A stretch of 63,084 nt of DNA from Chthonomonas calidirosea (lineage in GTDB: Bacteria; Armatimonadota; Fimbriimonadia; Fimbriimonadales; Fimbriimonadaceae), in the NCBI GenBank assembly GCA_945859975.1, contig CAMAPH010000014.1, positions 1 through 63,084 of the forward strand. Reading direction: 5' to 3'. The position numbers and the translations under genes are program-made. Positions 18,173 through 28,100 of this stretch are shown in pieces; the first letter of the stretch is position 1, and each line of letters starts with the position of its first letter. The notes below the pieces were generated by a model. That model was not told where the DNA came from and ran no database searches. It saw only the letters and a list, made by a program, of their open reading frames with translations.

Positions 18173-21109
18173 TTAGTTCGTAACCGTAATCTTCACGCCT
18201 CGAACGCCCTGGTTGAGTAGCTTAACGTAAACGTTCGATACTCCCACCTGTCCTCCGGTGATCGTGAAGGTTCCGGTTGTGCTACCCGCCGGGATCACGA
18301 TGGTCGCCGGAATCAGCACAACTCCCGCTGTCTGCTGAGTCACTACAATCGCTAGATCCTGCGGCGTCACCGCACTCAGGGTAACTGTCACCGTCGCAGT
18401 CTGACCGATTGGCAACGTTGTCCTCGAACTCGTTACGGACGCAATTCCCAACGAGACGGTGCTCACGAAGTCCGTTTTAGAAAGACCAAGGTAGCTGGCG
18501 GTGATCGTCGCATTTCGGACCAGGTTGGCTGCGGAAACGGTGAAGTTCGCCGTCGTCGCTCCGGCCGGAACCGTAACGCTTGTCGGCAAGCTGAGCAGGG
18601 CCGAGCTCGAAGCCAAACTAACCACGGCGCCACCCGTTGGGGCTGCCGCTGTGAGCGAGACTTGTCCTACTCGAGAAGAGCCGACAACAAAGTCAGCAAT
18701 CGATACGCTCGCCAGCGCAGCGGGAGGCGTGATGATCACCGTGTCCGACTTTTCGGCAAACGTCGGCGTTGCTTCTACTTTCACCGTCGTGGCCACCGCA
18801 ACGGTCTTTCCGGTAACCGGGAAGGTCGCTGTACTAGCACCCGCTGGGATCAAGATGGAGGCAGGGCAGTCGAGCGCGGTCGGATTGCTGTTAAGCAATG
18901 TGACCAAAATTCCGCCGGTTGGTGCCACTGACTGAAGCTTCACCGTTGCCGATCCCGTCTGACCGACCGAGAGCGAATCCTGATTGATCGTGAACGTTCC
19001 CACGCGCGCCGAACGAACGTCGAGCTGGGTGCTGCCCGAAATAATGTTAACCCCCGAGCCGGTTACCGTCACCGTCACGTCGGAGGGGACCGATGAACTT
19101 GTCGCCGTGAAGCTTGCGGTCGTGCTACCTGCCGGAATCGTGACGCTGGCTGGCACCGTGAACGCAGCATTGTTGGTGGTCAAGTTAACAACCGTGTTCT
19201 TGTTCCGCACGTTCCCAAGCGTGACGGTGCCTTGCACCGACTTCCCTCCGGTGATTCCGACCACGGGGAACGTAACGGTGGCCGGGCTAGACGGGACCAG
19301 CGAGTACACGTAAGCCTTACCGGCATCTCGCAAGCTACCCACCTCAGCGAATGGCGAACCAACTAATACGGTGTTTCCAGATATCGCAGCTGCGAACCCG
19401 AAGTCGCCATATGTAGGGCTTGGCGCCTTTGCACTCGCGATTAGGATCGCGTCCTCGGTCCAAACCGTGCCAGAGCGGCTGAACACATACGACTGCCCTG
19501 AATTGGGAAATCCGCTAGTGCTATGATCATACGCTCCGATGATCACGGTGTCGCCGGAAATGCCGACCGACTGCCCAAATGAAGCAGCGGGCTGTTTGTC
19601 ACTCGCAACGAGAAGGGACTTATAGGTCCAAAGGGAACCGGTCCTAACGAACACATGTGCTCTACCGCAGTTCCAGACCGAACCAGCGTAATGATACATA
19701 CCTTCGTAAGGCGCGCCGACAACGATTGTGTCTCCAGAGATCGCTACGCTAAAGCCAAACTTGCCGTAATCCTGGAGCTCGTCCGGACCCAAAATTGCCT
19801 GCTCGGCCCAAGTGCTGCCGGTCCGAGTGAATGCATAGGCTAGGCCCTCATCCTTTCCGTAGGCAGTTCTATGTGCTTGCATTGCGCCGACGACGATTGT
19901 TTCTCCGTCAATTGCAACGGAAGTACCAAACAAAGCAGACACAAATTTTTTGCTCGCGGTTAGGGCCGCTTGTCGCGACCATGTTCCACTAGATCGAGTG
20001 AAGACGTGAGCCTTGCCAGCCGCTTTAACCCCGCCCGCGTCGGCGAAATACTCTCCTATGACAACTGTGTCTCCAGAGACTGCTACCGAACAGCCGAAAC
20101 GTCCCTTTTCCAGGAGAATGTCTGAAGTCAGGATCGCCCGCTGTGTCCAGGTTGCTCCGGAGCCCTGAAAAACATAGGCTTGCCCTGCAGCAGAAATGCC
20201 TCCTGGCGAAGCGTAGCTAGATCCCACTACGATCGTATCGCCGGAGATACCCACCGATGCTCCGAATCTTCCGTTGCTTGCTTTATCGCTTGCGCTCAGG
20301 ATCGCTCTCTGCGTCCAGGTAAAGCCAGTCCGGGTGAAAACGTACGCTTGCCCAGCGTTGGAAATGCCCGCCGGGTCCGCGTAAAGTGCCCCGACAACGG
20401 CAGTGTTCCCAGATATCGCCACCGCATTTCCGAAGTTGCCATCACGAGACAGGTCGCTTGCGGTGAGAACGGCTTCTTCATCCCAAGTTGGGTCGATCGT
20501 AACGGGGTAGATCGCGTTCTCATCGTCCACGCCAAGCACGATTTCCGCGCCTCGCAATTCCATGCTCGCCGCTAGCCGCTTGCCGCTGGCGTCCCAGACT
20601 TTCAGACCGGAGTAGGAAAGGGTCTTTTCGCTGGTCTTGAATTGAATGCTTTCTGGACCAGTCTGCTGAGCGACTGCTCCGGAGGTCGCAAGCTTTACCC
20701 AGAGGTTTCCGTTGCCCAACTTCTTATCGACTTTGAACCAGTGGTGAAGCCCTTGAGCTTCGTTGATGTACCACTCCGAGATTCCCGGACGATCGAAGGA
20801 AAGTTTGCTCTGACCAGTTTCATCCTGACTAACCCGTGCCAGAGGTTCTTTGGCAAGCATCGATTGGGTCCCGTTTCCAAACGCGACGGTGCGGATCGAA
20901 AGATCGTCAACGCTTAACCGCCCACTTGAGGTTGCCGAGAATTGGAACCGCCCCGGCTGTTCGCCAACAAATTTCCCTGACTCCGACCGTATCGTTCGCT
21001 GCGCCCGGCTAACTGCAACTTGCAAATCTGGGTGGCTAGCAAGAGCATCGCCCGCCATCGTTGGCGGAAAACTGGCAGACACTGCCAAGGACGCAATCAA
21101 ATGAACCAT
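18173..21109 (-). CDS. Secreted FG-GAP (integrin-alpha-like) 7-blade beta-propeller protein with four C-terminal Ig-like repeats
   Basis: Seven FGxxVAISGDTxVVGA repeats and four xPxSVTIPAGxTTAxF repeats. Signal-like N-terminus from ATG 21109. Confidence 0.9.
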   Translation of the reverse strand: MVHLIASLAVSASFPPTMAGDALASHPDLQVAVSRAQRTIRSESGKFVGEQPGRFQFSATSSGRLSVDDLSIRTVAFGNGTQSMLAKEPLARVSQDETGQSKLSFDRPGISEWYINEAQGLHHWFKVDKKLGNGNLWVKLATSGAVAQQTGPESIQFKTSEKTLSYSGLKVWDASGKRLAASMELRGAEIVLGVDDENAIYPVTIDPTWDEEAVLTASDLSRDGNFGNAVAISGNTAVVGALYADPAGISNAGQAYVFTRTGFTWTQRAILSASDKASNGRFGASVGISGDTIVVGSSYASPGGISAAGQAYVFQGSGATWTQRAILTSDILLEKGRFGCSVAVSGDTVVIGEYFADAGGVKAAGKAHVFTRSSGTWSRQAALTASKKFVSALFGTSVAIDGETIVVGAMQAHRTAYGKDEGLAYAFTRTGSTWAEQAILGPDELQDYGKFGFSVAISGDTIVVGAPYEGMYHYAGSVWNCGRAHVFVRTGSLWTYKSLLVASDKQPAASFGQSVGISGDTVIIGAYDHSTSGFPNSGQSYVFSRSGTVWTEDAILIASAKAPSPTYGDFGFAAAISGNTVLVGSPFAEVGSLRDAGKAYVYSLVPSSPATVTFPVVGITGGKSVQGTVTLGNVRNKNTVVNLTTNNAAFTVPASVTIPAGSTTASFTATSSSVPSDVTVTVTGSGVNIISGSTQLDVRSARVGTFTINQDSLSVGQTGSATVKLQSVAPTGGILVTLLNSNPTALDCPASILIPAGASTATFPVTGKTVAVATTVKVEATPTFAEKSDTVIITPPAALASVSIADFVVGSSRVGQVSLTAAAPTGGAVVSLASSSALLSLPTSVTVPAGATTANFTVSAANLVRNATITASYLGLSKTDFVSTVSLGIASVTSSRTTLPIGQTATVTVTLSAVTPQDLAIVVTQQTAGVVLIPATIVIPAGSTTGTFTITGGQVGVSNVYVKLLNQGVRGVKITVTN

Positions 21110-21240
21110 TGTCCGGCTTTTACCCGGTTCCAACTTTCATTGAGCTGATATCAAGGAGTTCTTCTTAGAATTTTTCGTGCCCGTGTAATGTTTTGTTTCG
21201 AATAGAGTCCGTTCCGGGTTAACGGCTAAGCTTTCTGTTT

Positions 21241-21286
21241 AGCCACACAGAGCAATGCAGAGCCACACAAGGCCACTCAAAGCGCC
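21241..21286. repeat. Phased 10-bp repeat array, array C
   Basis: agccacacag agcaatgcag agccacacaa ggccactcaa agcgcc, colinear with 3511-3555. Confidence 0.75.
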
Positions 21287-21291
21287 TCTGT

Positions 21292-22572
21292 TCATCTCGC
21301 CGCTTCTTCCCCCGCGACGTATCCGGTAGCAAACGCCGCCTGGAGGTTATAGCCACCAACGGGCCCTGCTATATCCAGCACCTCGCCGCAAATGAACAGC
21401 CCGCCGACCTTTCGGCTTTCCAAAGTCTGAGGATCGACCTCGTCCAACGCAATGCCACCCGCAACGCACTCGCCCTTTTCGAGCGGCACCGTTCGCACGA
21501 CGCCTAGCTTCCAGCCTTTCAGAGCTTCGCCCAGCCGATTGCGTGATTTGCGGTCGAGTTGCGCGAACGTTCGGTCTGGCTCTACGCCGATGTCGGAAAC
21601 CAGTGCCGCTGCCAGCCGCTCCGCCATATGTTCAGCCACCACCGGCAAAACCCGCGATCGTGGTGAAACGCTCTGGAGCCGAGCGAGAACTTCCTCGTGC
21701 TTCAAGTCTGGCAATATATCGGCTTCAAGCGAAACGTCGCCGCCCGGCAAAAACTCCGCGACCACGCGGCTGATCCCCAGCGCGGTCGGGCCGCTCACCC
21801 CTTGATGCGTAAACAGCAAGTCGCCTCGCCAACGGGCAATTTCTTTGCCCGCTTGCCGAGCCCGAACGACGACGTCCCGCAATGCCACCCCGCTGAACTC
21901 AACTCGGCTCGGCTCGAGATTGAGATAAATGGGAGCCAACGAAGCCCGAACCGGCACAATCGAGTGCCCGAGGTCGCGCGCCCAATCCCAGCCGTCGCCG
22001 GTGGTGCCGCAGTTTGGGTAGCTGCTCCCGCCGGTCGCCAAGATCACCCGGTCAGCGGGCCAAAACTGCTTCCGCTCCGCGTTGCGCATCCGATAGCCGC
22101 TATGTGCTGCCGGCGGTTCTCCCGTGTAAACGCCCGTCACGCGCCCATCGACTGCCTCGATTCCAACTACCGGAGTGTCTAAGCGCACTTGAACGCCGCT
22201 GTCTTCGAGGTAGCCCACCAGGATCGCCAGAACGTCCTTTGCGGTTTGGTCGAGCGGAAAAACCCGCCCGTCGGGCCGGGTGTAAACGTTCAGGCCCCGC
22301 TCCGTCATCATCGACACGATCTGCCGGTTGGTTAGCCGATAACAAGCGGGGCGAATGAACTGGGTTTCGTTCTTCCGAAAAGCCCGCAACACCTCTTCGA
22401 GCGGTCCATCGTGCGCCACATTGCACTTTCCGCCACCTGAAATGAGGATCTTCGTCCCCAGCCGAGACGTTTTCTCGAGAATCGTCACTCGGGCGCCAAG
22501 TTGACCGGCCCGGTAAGCGGCCATGATTCCCGCCGCGCCTCCTCCGATCACAATGACGTCCGACTTCGACAT
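21292..22572 (-). CDS. HI0933/YhiN-family flavoprotein (NAD(P)/FAD oxidoreductase)
   Basis: GGGAAG, KILISGGGKCN, ATGGSSYP..GTTGDG, LFTHQGVSGP, GEVLDIAGPVGGYNLQAAFATG. Confidence 0.95.
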   Translation of the reverse strand: MSKSDVIVIGGGAAGIMAAYRAGQLGARVTILEKTSRLGTKILISGGGKCNVAHDGPLEEVLRAFRKNETQFIRPACYRLTNRQIVSMMTERGLNVYTRPDGRVFPLDQTAKDVLAILVGYLEDSGVQVRLDTPVVGIEAVDGRVTGVYTGEPPAAHSGYRMRNAERKQFWPADRVILATGGSSYPNCGTTGDGWDWARDLGHSIVPVRASLAPIYLNLEPSRVEFSGVALRDVVVRARQAGKEIARWRGDLLFTHQGVSGPTALGISRVVAEFLPGGDVSLEADILPDLKHEEVLARLQSVSPRSRVLPVVAEHMAERLAAALVSDIGVEPDRTFAQLDRKSRNRLGEALKGWKLGVVRTVPLEKGECVAGGIALDEVDPQTLESRKVGGLFICGEVLDIAGPVGGYNLQAAFATGYVAGEEAAR

Positions 22573-22623
22573 TCCTTCAGGGTACCGGCAACTTTCTGTG
22601 TTATCATGCTTCGCCGTAACCCA

Positions 22624-22932
22624 ATGAACCTTAAGCCCATCTCGATCGAAGACCTCTTAGAATCGCCTTTTCCTGCCTCGTTCTACGTTGTCCAAGATCC
22701 CACCTCCGGCAAATTCGGTTGCTACATCCATGAAGGCATCCACGGCCTCGCGTGCTTCGAATCTCAAGTCAACGCAAATCTCTTCGCCACGGACTTCAAC
22801 GTCGCAGACATGGCCATTCGCCACGTCACGTTCGATGAAGCCCGCGACATCGCCAAAGACCGCCCCGCCCCGGTCGTTTGCCTCATGATGCTGGACAATC
22901 CCGCCGATCCGACGCTGCACTTTGTTCGGTAA
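22624..22932 (+). CDS. Hypothetical protein
   Basis: Fills the gap between the divergent flavoprotein gene and ispG with normal codon usage. Alternative start 22606. Confidence 0.65.
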   Translation: MNLKPISIEDLLESPFPASFYVVQDPTSGKFGCYIHEGIHGLACFESQVNANLFATDFNVADMAIRHVTFDEARDIAKDRPAPVVCLMMLDNPADPTLHFVR

Positions 22933-22986
22933 GGCCCCATTTCCGTCACAATCGAAGAGCGGCATTGCCGTAGAAGGAATGAGCTC

Positions 22987-24288
22987 ATGGCGCTAGAAAG
23001 TTTTTATCCTCGACGCAAAACCTCGGTCTGCCGAATGGGCCCGGTCGCCATGGGCGGCAATAACCCCATCCTCGTGCAAAGCATGATCACCGAGGAAACG
23101 CGCAACGTCGATGCCTGCGTCGAGCAGATCATTGCGCTCCGCCAAGCCGGTTGCGAGCTCGTCCGCGTCACCACGCCGAGCCTCAACGATGCTCGGCTGA
23201 TGGAAGAAATCCGGGCCAAAGTTTCTGAGCGTTATGGGTACGTGCCCCTCACCGCCGACGTGCACCACCAAGGCACCGACATCGCCGTCGAAGCCGCCAA
23301 GCACGTCGATGAAGTCCGCATCAATCCCGGCCTTTTCGTCTTCAAGCGCCACGGAACCCGCGCCGGGGAAGTCGAAGCTGACGAGGCGATTGACCTCCGA
23401 GGCCGCCAAGAAGACGCCAGTGTCGATCAGCTCCGTGCTGAACTCGCGTACGATCCTAGCGAATGGCAAGAAGAGCTTGATGCGATCGAAGAAAGTTTCG
23501 TCCCGGTAATCGAAGCCTGCAAGAAGTACGACCGAGCGATGCGCGTCGGCGTAAACCACGGCTCCCTCAGCGAGCGCATTCTCGTCACCTACGGCGATAG
23601 CCCCGACGGCATGGTCGAAAGCGCGCTGGAATACCTCCAGCTCTGCGAGAAGCATGGGTACACCAACCTCAACATCTCCCTCAAGGCCAGCCGCGTTCCG
23701 ATCATGATCGCCGCCAACCGCCGCATGGTCACCCGAATGGACGAAGTCGGCATGGCCTATCCGCTCCACCTCGGCGTCACCGAGGCCGGTGACGGAACCT
23801 ATGCCCGCATCAAATCCACCGCCGGCATCGCGACGCTTCTCATGGAGGGGATCGGCGATACCATCCGCGTCTCGCTCTCGGAAGACCCGATTGCCGAAAT
23901 TCCGGTCTGCTACGACATCCTTCAGGCCTGCGGATTGCGCAAGACGAAGGTGGAGTACATCGCTTGCCCGAGCTGTGGCCGTACCAAGTTCAACCTGCCG
24001 ACCGTACTTCACCAGGTCCGCGAAGCCACCAGGCATCTCGTCGGTTTGGACATCGCTGTCATGGGCTGCATCGTCAACGGACCCGGCGAAATGGCCGACG
24101 CCGATTACGGCTATGTCGGTGCCGCCGGTGGAAAGATCACGTTGTATCGAAAGCGTGAAGTCGTGAAGAACGGCATCCCGCAGGAAAACGGCGTCGCGGA
24201 ACTGATCTCCCTGCTCAAAGCAGATGGTCTATGGGTCGAGCCAGATGTGCAGCGCAGCGAAGTGAAACCGCTTCTTGTTCTGAACTAA
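22987..24288 (+). CDS. ispG: (E)-4-hydroxy-3-methylbut-2-enyl-diphosphate synthase
   Basis: [59 protein letters not shown]. Confidence 0.98.
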   Translation: MALESFYPRRKTSVCRMGPVAMGGNNPILVQSMITEETRNVDACVEQIIALRQAGCELVRVTTPSLNDARLMEEIRAKVSERYGYVPLTADVHHQGTDIAVEAAKHVDEVRINPGLFVFKRHGTRAGEVEADEAIDLRGRQEDASVDQLRAELAYDPSEWQEELDAIEESFVPVIEACKKYDRAMRVGVNHGSLSERILVTYGDSPDGMVESALEYLQLCEKHGYTNLNISLKASRVPIMIAANRRMVTRMDEVGMAYPLHLGVTEAGDGTYARIKSTAGIATLLMEGIGDTIRVSLSEDPIAEIPVCYDILQACGLRKTKVEYIACPSCGRTKFNLPTVLHQVREATRHLVGLDIAVMGCIVNGPGEMADADYGYVGAAGGKITLYRKREVVKNGIPQENGVAELISLLKADGLWVEPDVQRSEVKPLLVLN

Positions 24289-24306
24289 TCCGCTCATACT
24301 GTTCGC

Positions 24307-24960
24307 GTGGGGCAGACAGCGTTATCTCGGGCGCGAACCAGCGGCGTGCGGGCGGTTTCCGTTGTGGATTTGTTGGCGGTTGGCCTAGCGCGCCGCGAAG
24401 ACGAAGTCGAAAGGTCCGAAGCGAACTGCCGACCGTTGCTCGTTAAGATGGGCAGCATCTATAACCTTAAGGACCTCACCGCCCAAGAACTGGCCGCCCC
24501 AACCGGGCTTGAGCCGTTCGAAGTCCTTCGCGTTCAAGCCCTCATCGAGCTTGGCCGGCGAATGGTCGAAGCAGGGAAGGGTGAAGTCCGCGAGTTCTCC
24601 GATCCGGATGCCGTTGCCGAGTTCCTCTCTGACATCCGAGACCAAAAGCGGGAGTTTTTCGTGGCCCTCTTGCTGGATGCGAAGAACCAGCTCATCCGCC
24701 GAGCGGACGTCCATATCGGCACGGCTAACTCATCGCTTGTCGGTGCCCGTGAAGTGTTCCGCGAAGCGGTGAAGGACGGTGCCGTTGGCATCATCGTCGC
24801 CCACAATCACCCCAGCGGCGATCCAACGCCGAGTCCAGAGGACGTCGCGGTAACCCGGCAACTTCGCGATGCCGGCAAGCTCCTCGATATCCCGCTGCTT
24901 GATCACGTGATCATCGGCGAATCGCGCCACGTAAGCCTGCGACGCATGGGACTCTTGTAG
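24307..24960 (+). CDS. radC: RadC family JAB-domain protein
   Basis: REVFREAV, AHNHPSGDPTPSPED, LLDHVII, with an N-terminal HhH-like region. Confidence 0.95.
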   Translation: MGQTALSRARTSGVRAVSVVDLLAVGLARREDEVERSEANCRPLLVKMGSIYNLKDLTAQELAAPTGLEPFEVLRVQALIELGRRMVEAGKGEVREFSDPDAVAEFLSDIRDQKREFFVALLLDAKNQLIRRADVHIGTANSSLVGAREVFREAVKDGAVGIIVAHNHPSGDPTPSPEDVAVTRQLRDAGKLLDIPLLDHVIIGESRHVSLRRMGLL

Positions 24961-24970
24961 AATCCCGGCA

Positions 24971-25600
24971 ATGAACACGTGGGATCAAACCGTTCTTGAA
25001 CTCAAAGAGCGAGCGCAGGGAATGCACGAAGCGCGCGAAGCTGCGCTGGGCCATTGCCGAAAGCTCGGACAACTCGCGGCGCGGAGCATTCGCCACGTCC
25101 ACCGACACCAGTTCGAAGAGGCGGAGAACCTGCTGCAACAAGCCAAGCGAGCCGCCGAAGCCGCCCGGGCGAGTTTGCGGCCATTCCCCGAGCTCAACCC
25201 GGCATACTTGCACGACTCGGAAAAGGAAATGGTCGAAGCCGCTGCCGTCTTGGCGATCGTTCGAGGCTTGCCGTACCCGACACCCCAAGAGCTTGGCGCT
25301 CAAGTTATGAGCTACCTCAACGGAATGGGGGAAGCCGCCAGCGAGGTCCGGCGTTTCGCGCTAGATAGCATCCGCCATGGCAAAGTCGAAGAAGCGGAAG
25401 CGATTCTGGGGCAGATGGAAATGATCTACGAAGACCTCATCACCTTCGACTTCAGCGACGCCATGACCGGCGGACTTCGCCGAACCTGCGATGCGCTCCG
25501 CGCCGTCGTCGAACGCACGAGAAGCGACCTAACCCTCACGACCACACAACAAGCCCTCACCGAAGAACTGCGTCGCTACCGCTTGGGGGAGAACGCTTAA
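24971..25600 (+). CDS. Prokaryotic Translin/TRAX-like protein
   Basis: All-helical 209 aa with AREAAL..CR, EKEMVEA, SYLNGMGEAASEVRRFALD and LRRTCDALR, matching the translin-family pattern (QEYVEA; YLxGLxDxxGELRR). Confidence 0.8.
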   Translation: MNTWDQTVLELKERAQGMHEAREAALGHCRKLGQLAARSIRHVHRHQFEEAENLLQQAKRAAEAARASLRPFPELNPAYLHDSEKEMVEAAAVLAIVRGLPYPTPQELGAQVMSYLNGMGEAASEVRRFALDSIRHGKVEEAEAILGQMEMIYEDLITFDFSDAMTGGLRRTCDALRAVVERTRSDLTLTTTQQALTEELRRYRLGENA

Positions 25601-25627
25601 TGCAACCCAATTCAACCCGTCAACGTT
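25601..25627 (+). promoter_or_regulatory. Possible ECF-sigma promoter
   Basis: TGCAAC-N17-CGTT upstream of the yqiJ/flotillin pair. Confidence 0.4.
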
Positions 25628-25645
25628 TCTCCTAAGGACCATCGG

Positions 25646-26314
25646 ATGCTTCAGTTCTTTCTCCATCGGGATAACATTCCCTTCGCGATCGCCATCGGGA
25701 TCTTGGCCGGAATTCTTGCGCTCGAAGTCATCGGCGCAGTCCTCGGGTTTAGTCTCAGCGGCGATAACGAAGCTGATGCGAGCATCGATCTAGACGGCGC
25801 GGATTCGCCGACGCTGGTTGCCCAGGGATTGTACTGGCTCAGCATCGGACGAATTCCGCTCATCGCTTGGTTGGCCGTATTCTCGGCAAGCTTCGGCATT
25901 TCGGGATACGTGTTTCAAGCGGCGACCGCTATGTCGCTCGCTCCGATGTTCGCCCTTGGCACCGCTACTCTTGGCGGCGTTATCGGTGCGAGATTCGTGG
26001 GCGGATGGCTTGCTAAAACGGTTTTCAAGGACGAAACCACCGCCATTAGCGCTGAATCGCTCGTTGGCAATGTTGCACAAGTAACGCTTGGTATCGGCCG
26101 CCGCGGAGCGCCTACGCAGGGAAAGGTTCGCGATGTGCACGGCTTAACGCACTATGTGCTGATTGAGCCAGAGAACGAATTTGATGAACTCGCACCCGGG
26201 TCGGAAGTGATTCTGCTCCGGCGCGATGGTCCGAAATACTTCGCCGTAACGAACTCTTTGGAGACCGTTATGGCTTTAGATGGCGGTGAGGTTCCGCTGA
26301 AAACCACAAACTAA
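25646..26314 (+). CDS. YqiJ/NfeD-like membrane protein
   Basis: N-terminal TM helices, WLSIGRIPL, C-terminal OB-fold GAPTQGKVRDVHGLTHYVLIEP; upstream of flotillin. Confidence 0.85.
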   Translation: MLQFFLHRDNIPFAIAIGILAGILALEVIGAVLGFSLSGDNEADASIDLDGADSPTLVAQGLYWLSIGRIPLIAWLAVFSASFGISGYVFQAATAMSLAPMFALGTATLGGVIGARFVGGWLAKTVFKDETTAISAESLVGNVAQVTLGIGRRGAPTQGKVRDVHGLTHYVLIEPENEFDELAPGSEVILLRRDGPKYFAVTNSLETVMALDGGEVPLKTTN

Positions 26315-26319
26315 AGCAA

Positions 26320-28086
26320 ATGCCAATCGATTCAATGCAAGTCATCCTGCCGATCATCGGTATCGTCCTCGGGGTCATCCTGTTACTCGGCTTCGTCGTG
26401 TCCAGGTTGTACGTCCGGTCAACGAAGGAAAGCTCGTTCGTAAAGACCGGCATGGGCGGCCAGAAGGTCGTTATGAGCGGCGGCGCGGTTGTCTTCCCGG
26501 TGATCCACGAAATCATTCGGGTGAACATGAACACGCTACGGCTCGAAGTCCGGCGAACCGGCGAGTCGGCCTTGATTACCAAGGACCGTATCCGCGTTGA
26601 CGTTCACGCCGAGTTCTTCGTTCGCGTTAAGCCAACGGAAGAGGCCATCGCCGATGCCGCCCAGACGCTCGGACTGCGAACCCAGAATCCGGCGGCCCTG
26701 AAGGAATTGGTCGAAGGCAAGTTCGTCGATGCGCTTCGCGCGGTCGCGGCAGAGATGACAATGGAAGAGTTGCACGAGCAGCGTGTCCAGTTCGTCCAGC
26801 GCGTTCAAACCACCGTGTCGGAAGACATTCTCAAGAACGGTCTTGAACTCGAATCCGTCTCGCTCACATCGCTTGACCAGACGAGCATTGACTTCCTCAA
26901 TCCAAACAACGTCTTCGACGCCCAAGGTTTGGCAAAGCTGACCGAGACCATCGAAGCAAAGCGAAAGCAGCGCAACGACATCGAGCAGGAAACTCGGATT
27001 CAAATCGAAACTAAGAACCTGCAGGCCGACCAGCAATCGCTGAGCATCAAGCGCGAGCAAGAGTACGCGCAGATGGAGCAGCAGCGCGAAATCGAAATCC
27101 GCCGAGCCGGTCAGGTTGCCGAAATCGCCCGCGAACGTGCCGCCCGAGAACAGGAAGCCAAGCAAGCCGAGATTGCCGCCCAGCAGCTGGTTCAGCAATC
27201 CCAAATCCTTTCGGCAAGGGAAGTCCAAGAGAGCCAGATTGCAAGCGAGCGACAACTGAAGGAGCTTGAAGTTCTTAAAGCCCAAGCCCTTGAGACCGCC
27301 GAAATTGACAAGTCAAAGGCCCTCGAGCTTGCCGAGCAGGATCGATCCATCGCCATCGCAGAGAAGTCTCGGGCAAAGTCGGAAGCCGAAGCCCTGGCAT
27401 CTCGTGCCTTGGCCGAAGCCGTAAAGGCGGAGGAAGAAGTCATCACCGTTCGAGAGAGCGAAGTCGCCGAGCGACGTAAGCGAATCGAGCTGATCACGGC
27501 TGCTGAGCAGGCTGAAAAAGAAGCGATCAAGATCACTTATGCTGCCCAGGCCGAAGTGAAGGCTACGGAAGACCGTGCAACTGCCTTGCGAACATTGGCT
27601 TCCGCCGAAGCCGAGCAGATTCGAATTGCTGCCGCCGGTGAAGCTGACTCGATTACCGCGCGCGCCGAAGCCGAAGCGAAGCGCTATTCGGTCGAAGCCG
27701 TCGGTAAGCGCGCGATCAACGAAGCCGAGAACGTTCTCTCTGCCGCCGTGCTGGAAGCTCAAATCAAGAAGATTCTCATCGAGAATCTCCCGGCCATCAT
27801 CCGCGAAAGCGTGGAGCCGATGAAGCAAATCGACAGCATCAAGATCATGCAAGTCGAAGGACTCGGCGGCGGCAACAACGGAGGCTCGCACTCCGAAGCC
27901 AACACTTCGCTCGCCGACCAGATGGTGAACAGCGCGCTTCGATATCGTGGTCAGGCACCGTTGGTTGATGCGCTGATGGAAGAGATCGGCATCAAGGGTG
28001 GCGACATCAACGGTGCGGTTCGTGCGCTCGGTGTTGGGGCTGCGCCTGCAATCACCGAGAAATCTGAGGCGGCTAAATCCGAGTAG
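26320..28086 (+). CDS. Flotillin (SPFH) family protein, YqiK-like
   Basis: ALITKDRIRVDV, KNGLELESVSLTSLDQT, long EA-rich coiled coil, SALRYRGQAPLVD. Confidence 0.95.
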   Translation: MPIDSMQVILPIIGIVLGVILLLGFVVSRLYVRSTKESSFVKTGMGGQKVVMSGGAVVFPVIHEIIRVNMNTLRLEVRRTGESALITKDRIRVDVHAEFFVRVKPTEEAIADAAQTLGLRTQNPAALKELVEGKFVDALRAVAAEMTMEELHEQRVQFVQRVQTTVSEDILKNGLELESVSLTSLDQTSIDFLNPNNVFDAQGLAKLTETIEAKRKQRNDIEQETRIQIETKNLQADQQSLSIKREQEYAQMEQQREIEIRRAGQVAEIARERAAREQEAKQAEIAAQQLVQQSQILSAREVQESQIASERQLKELEVLKAQALETAEIDKSKALELAEQDRSIAIAEKSRAKSEAEALASRALAEAVKAEEEVITVRESEVAERRKRIELITAAEQAEKEAIKITYAAQAEVKATEDRATALRTLASAEAEQIRIAAAGEADSITARAEAEAKRYSVEAVGKRAINEAENVLSAAVLEAQIKKILIENLPAIIRESVEPMKQIDSIKIMQVEGLGGGNNGGSHSEANTSLADQMVNSALRYRGQAPLVDALMEEIGIKGGDINGAVRALGVGAAPAITEKSEAAKSE

Positions 28087-28100
28087 ATACGACGGCGAGT

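Noticed and set aside
22993..24036. 347-aa antisense ORF (likewise 26536-27285, 54406-55629, 57916-58710 and others)
   Set aside because: These are shadow ORFs opposite well-supported genes, common in GC-rich DNA.
24307..24960. radC as a marker of a mobile element
   Set aside because: It is the full-length chromosomal type among housekeeping genes, with no mobility genes nearby.
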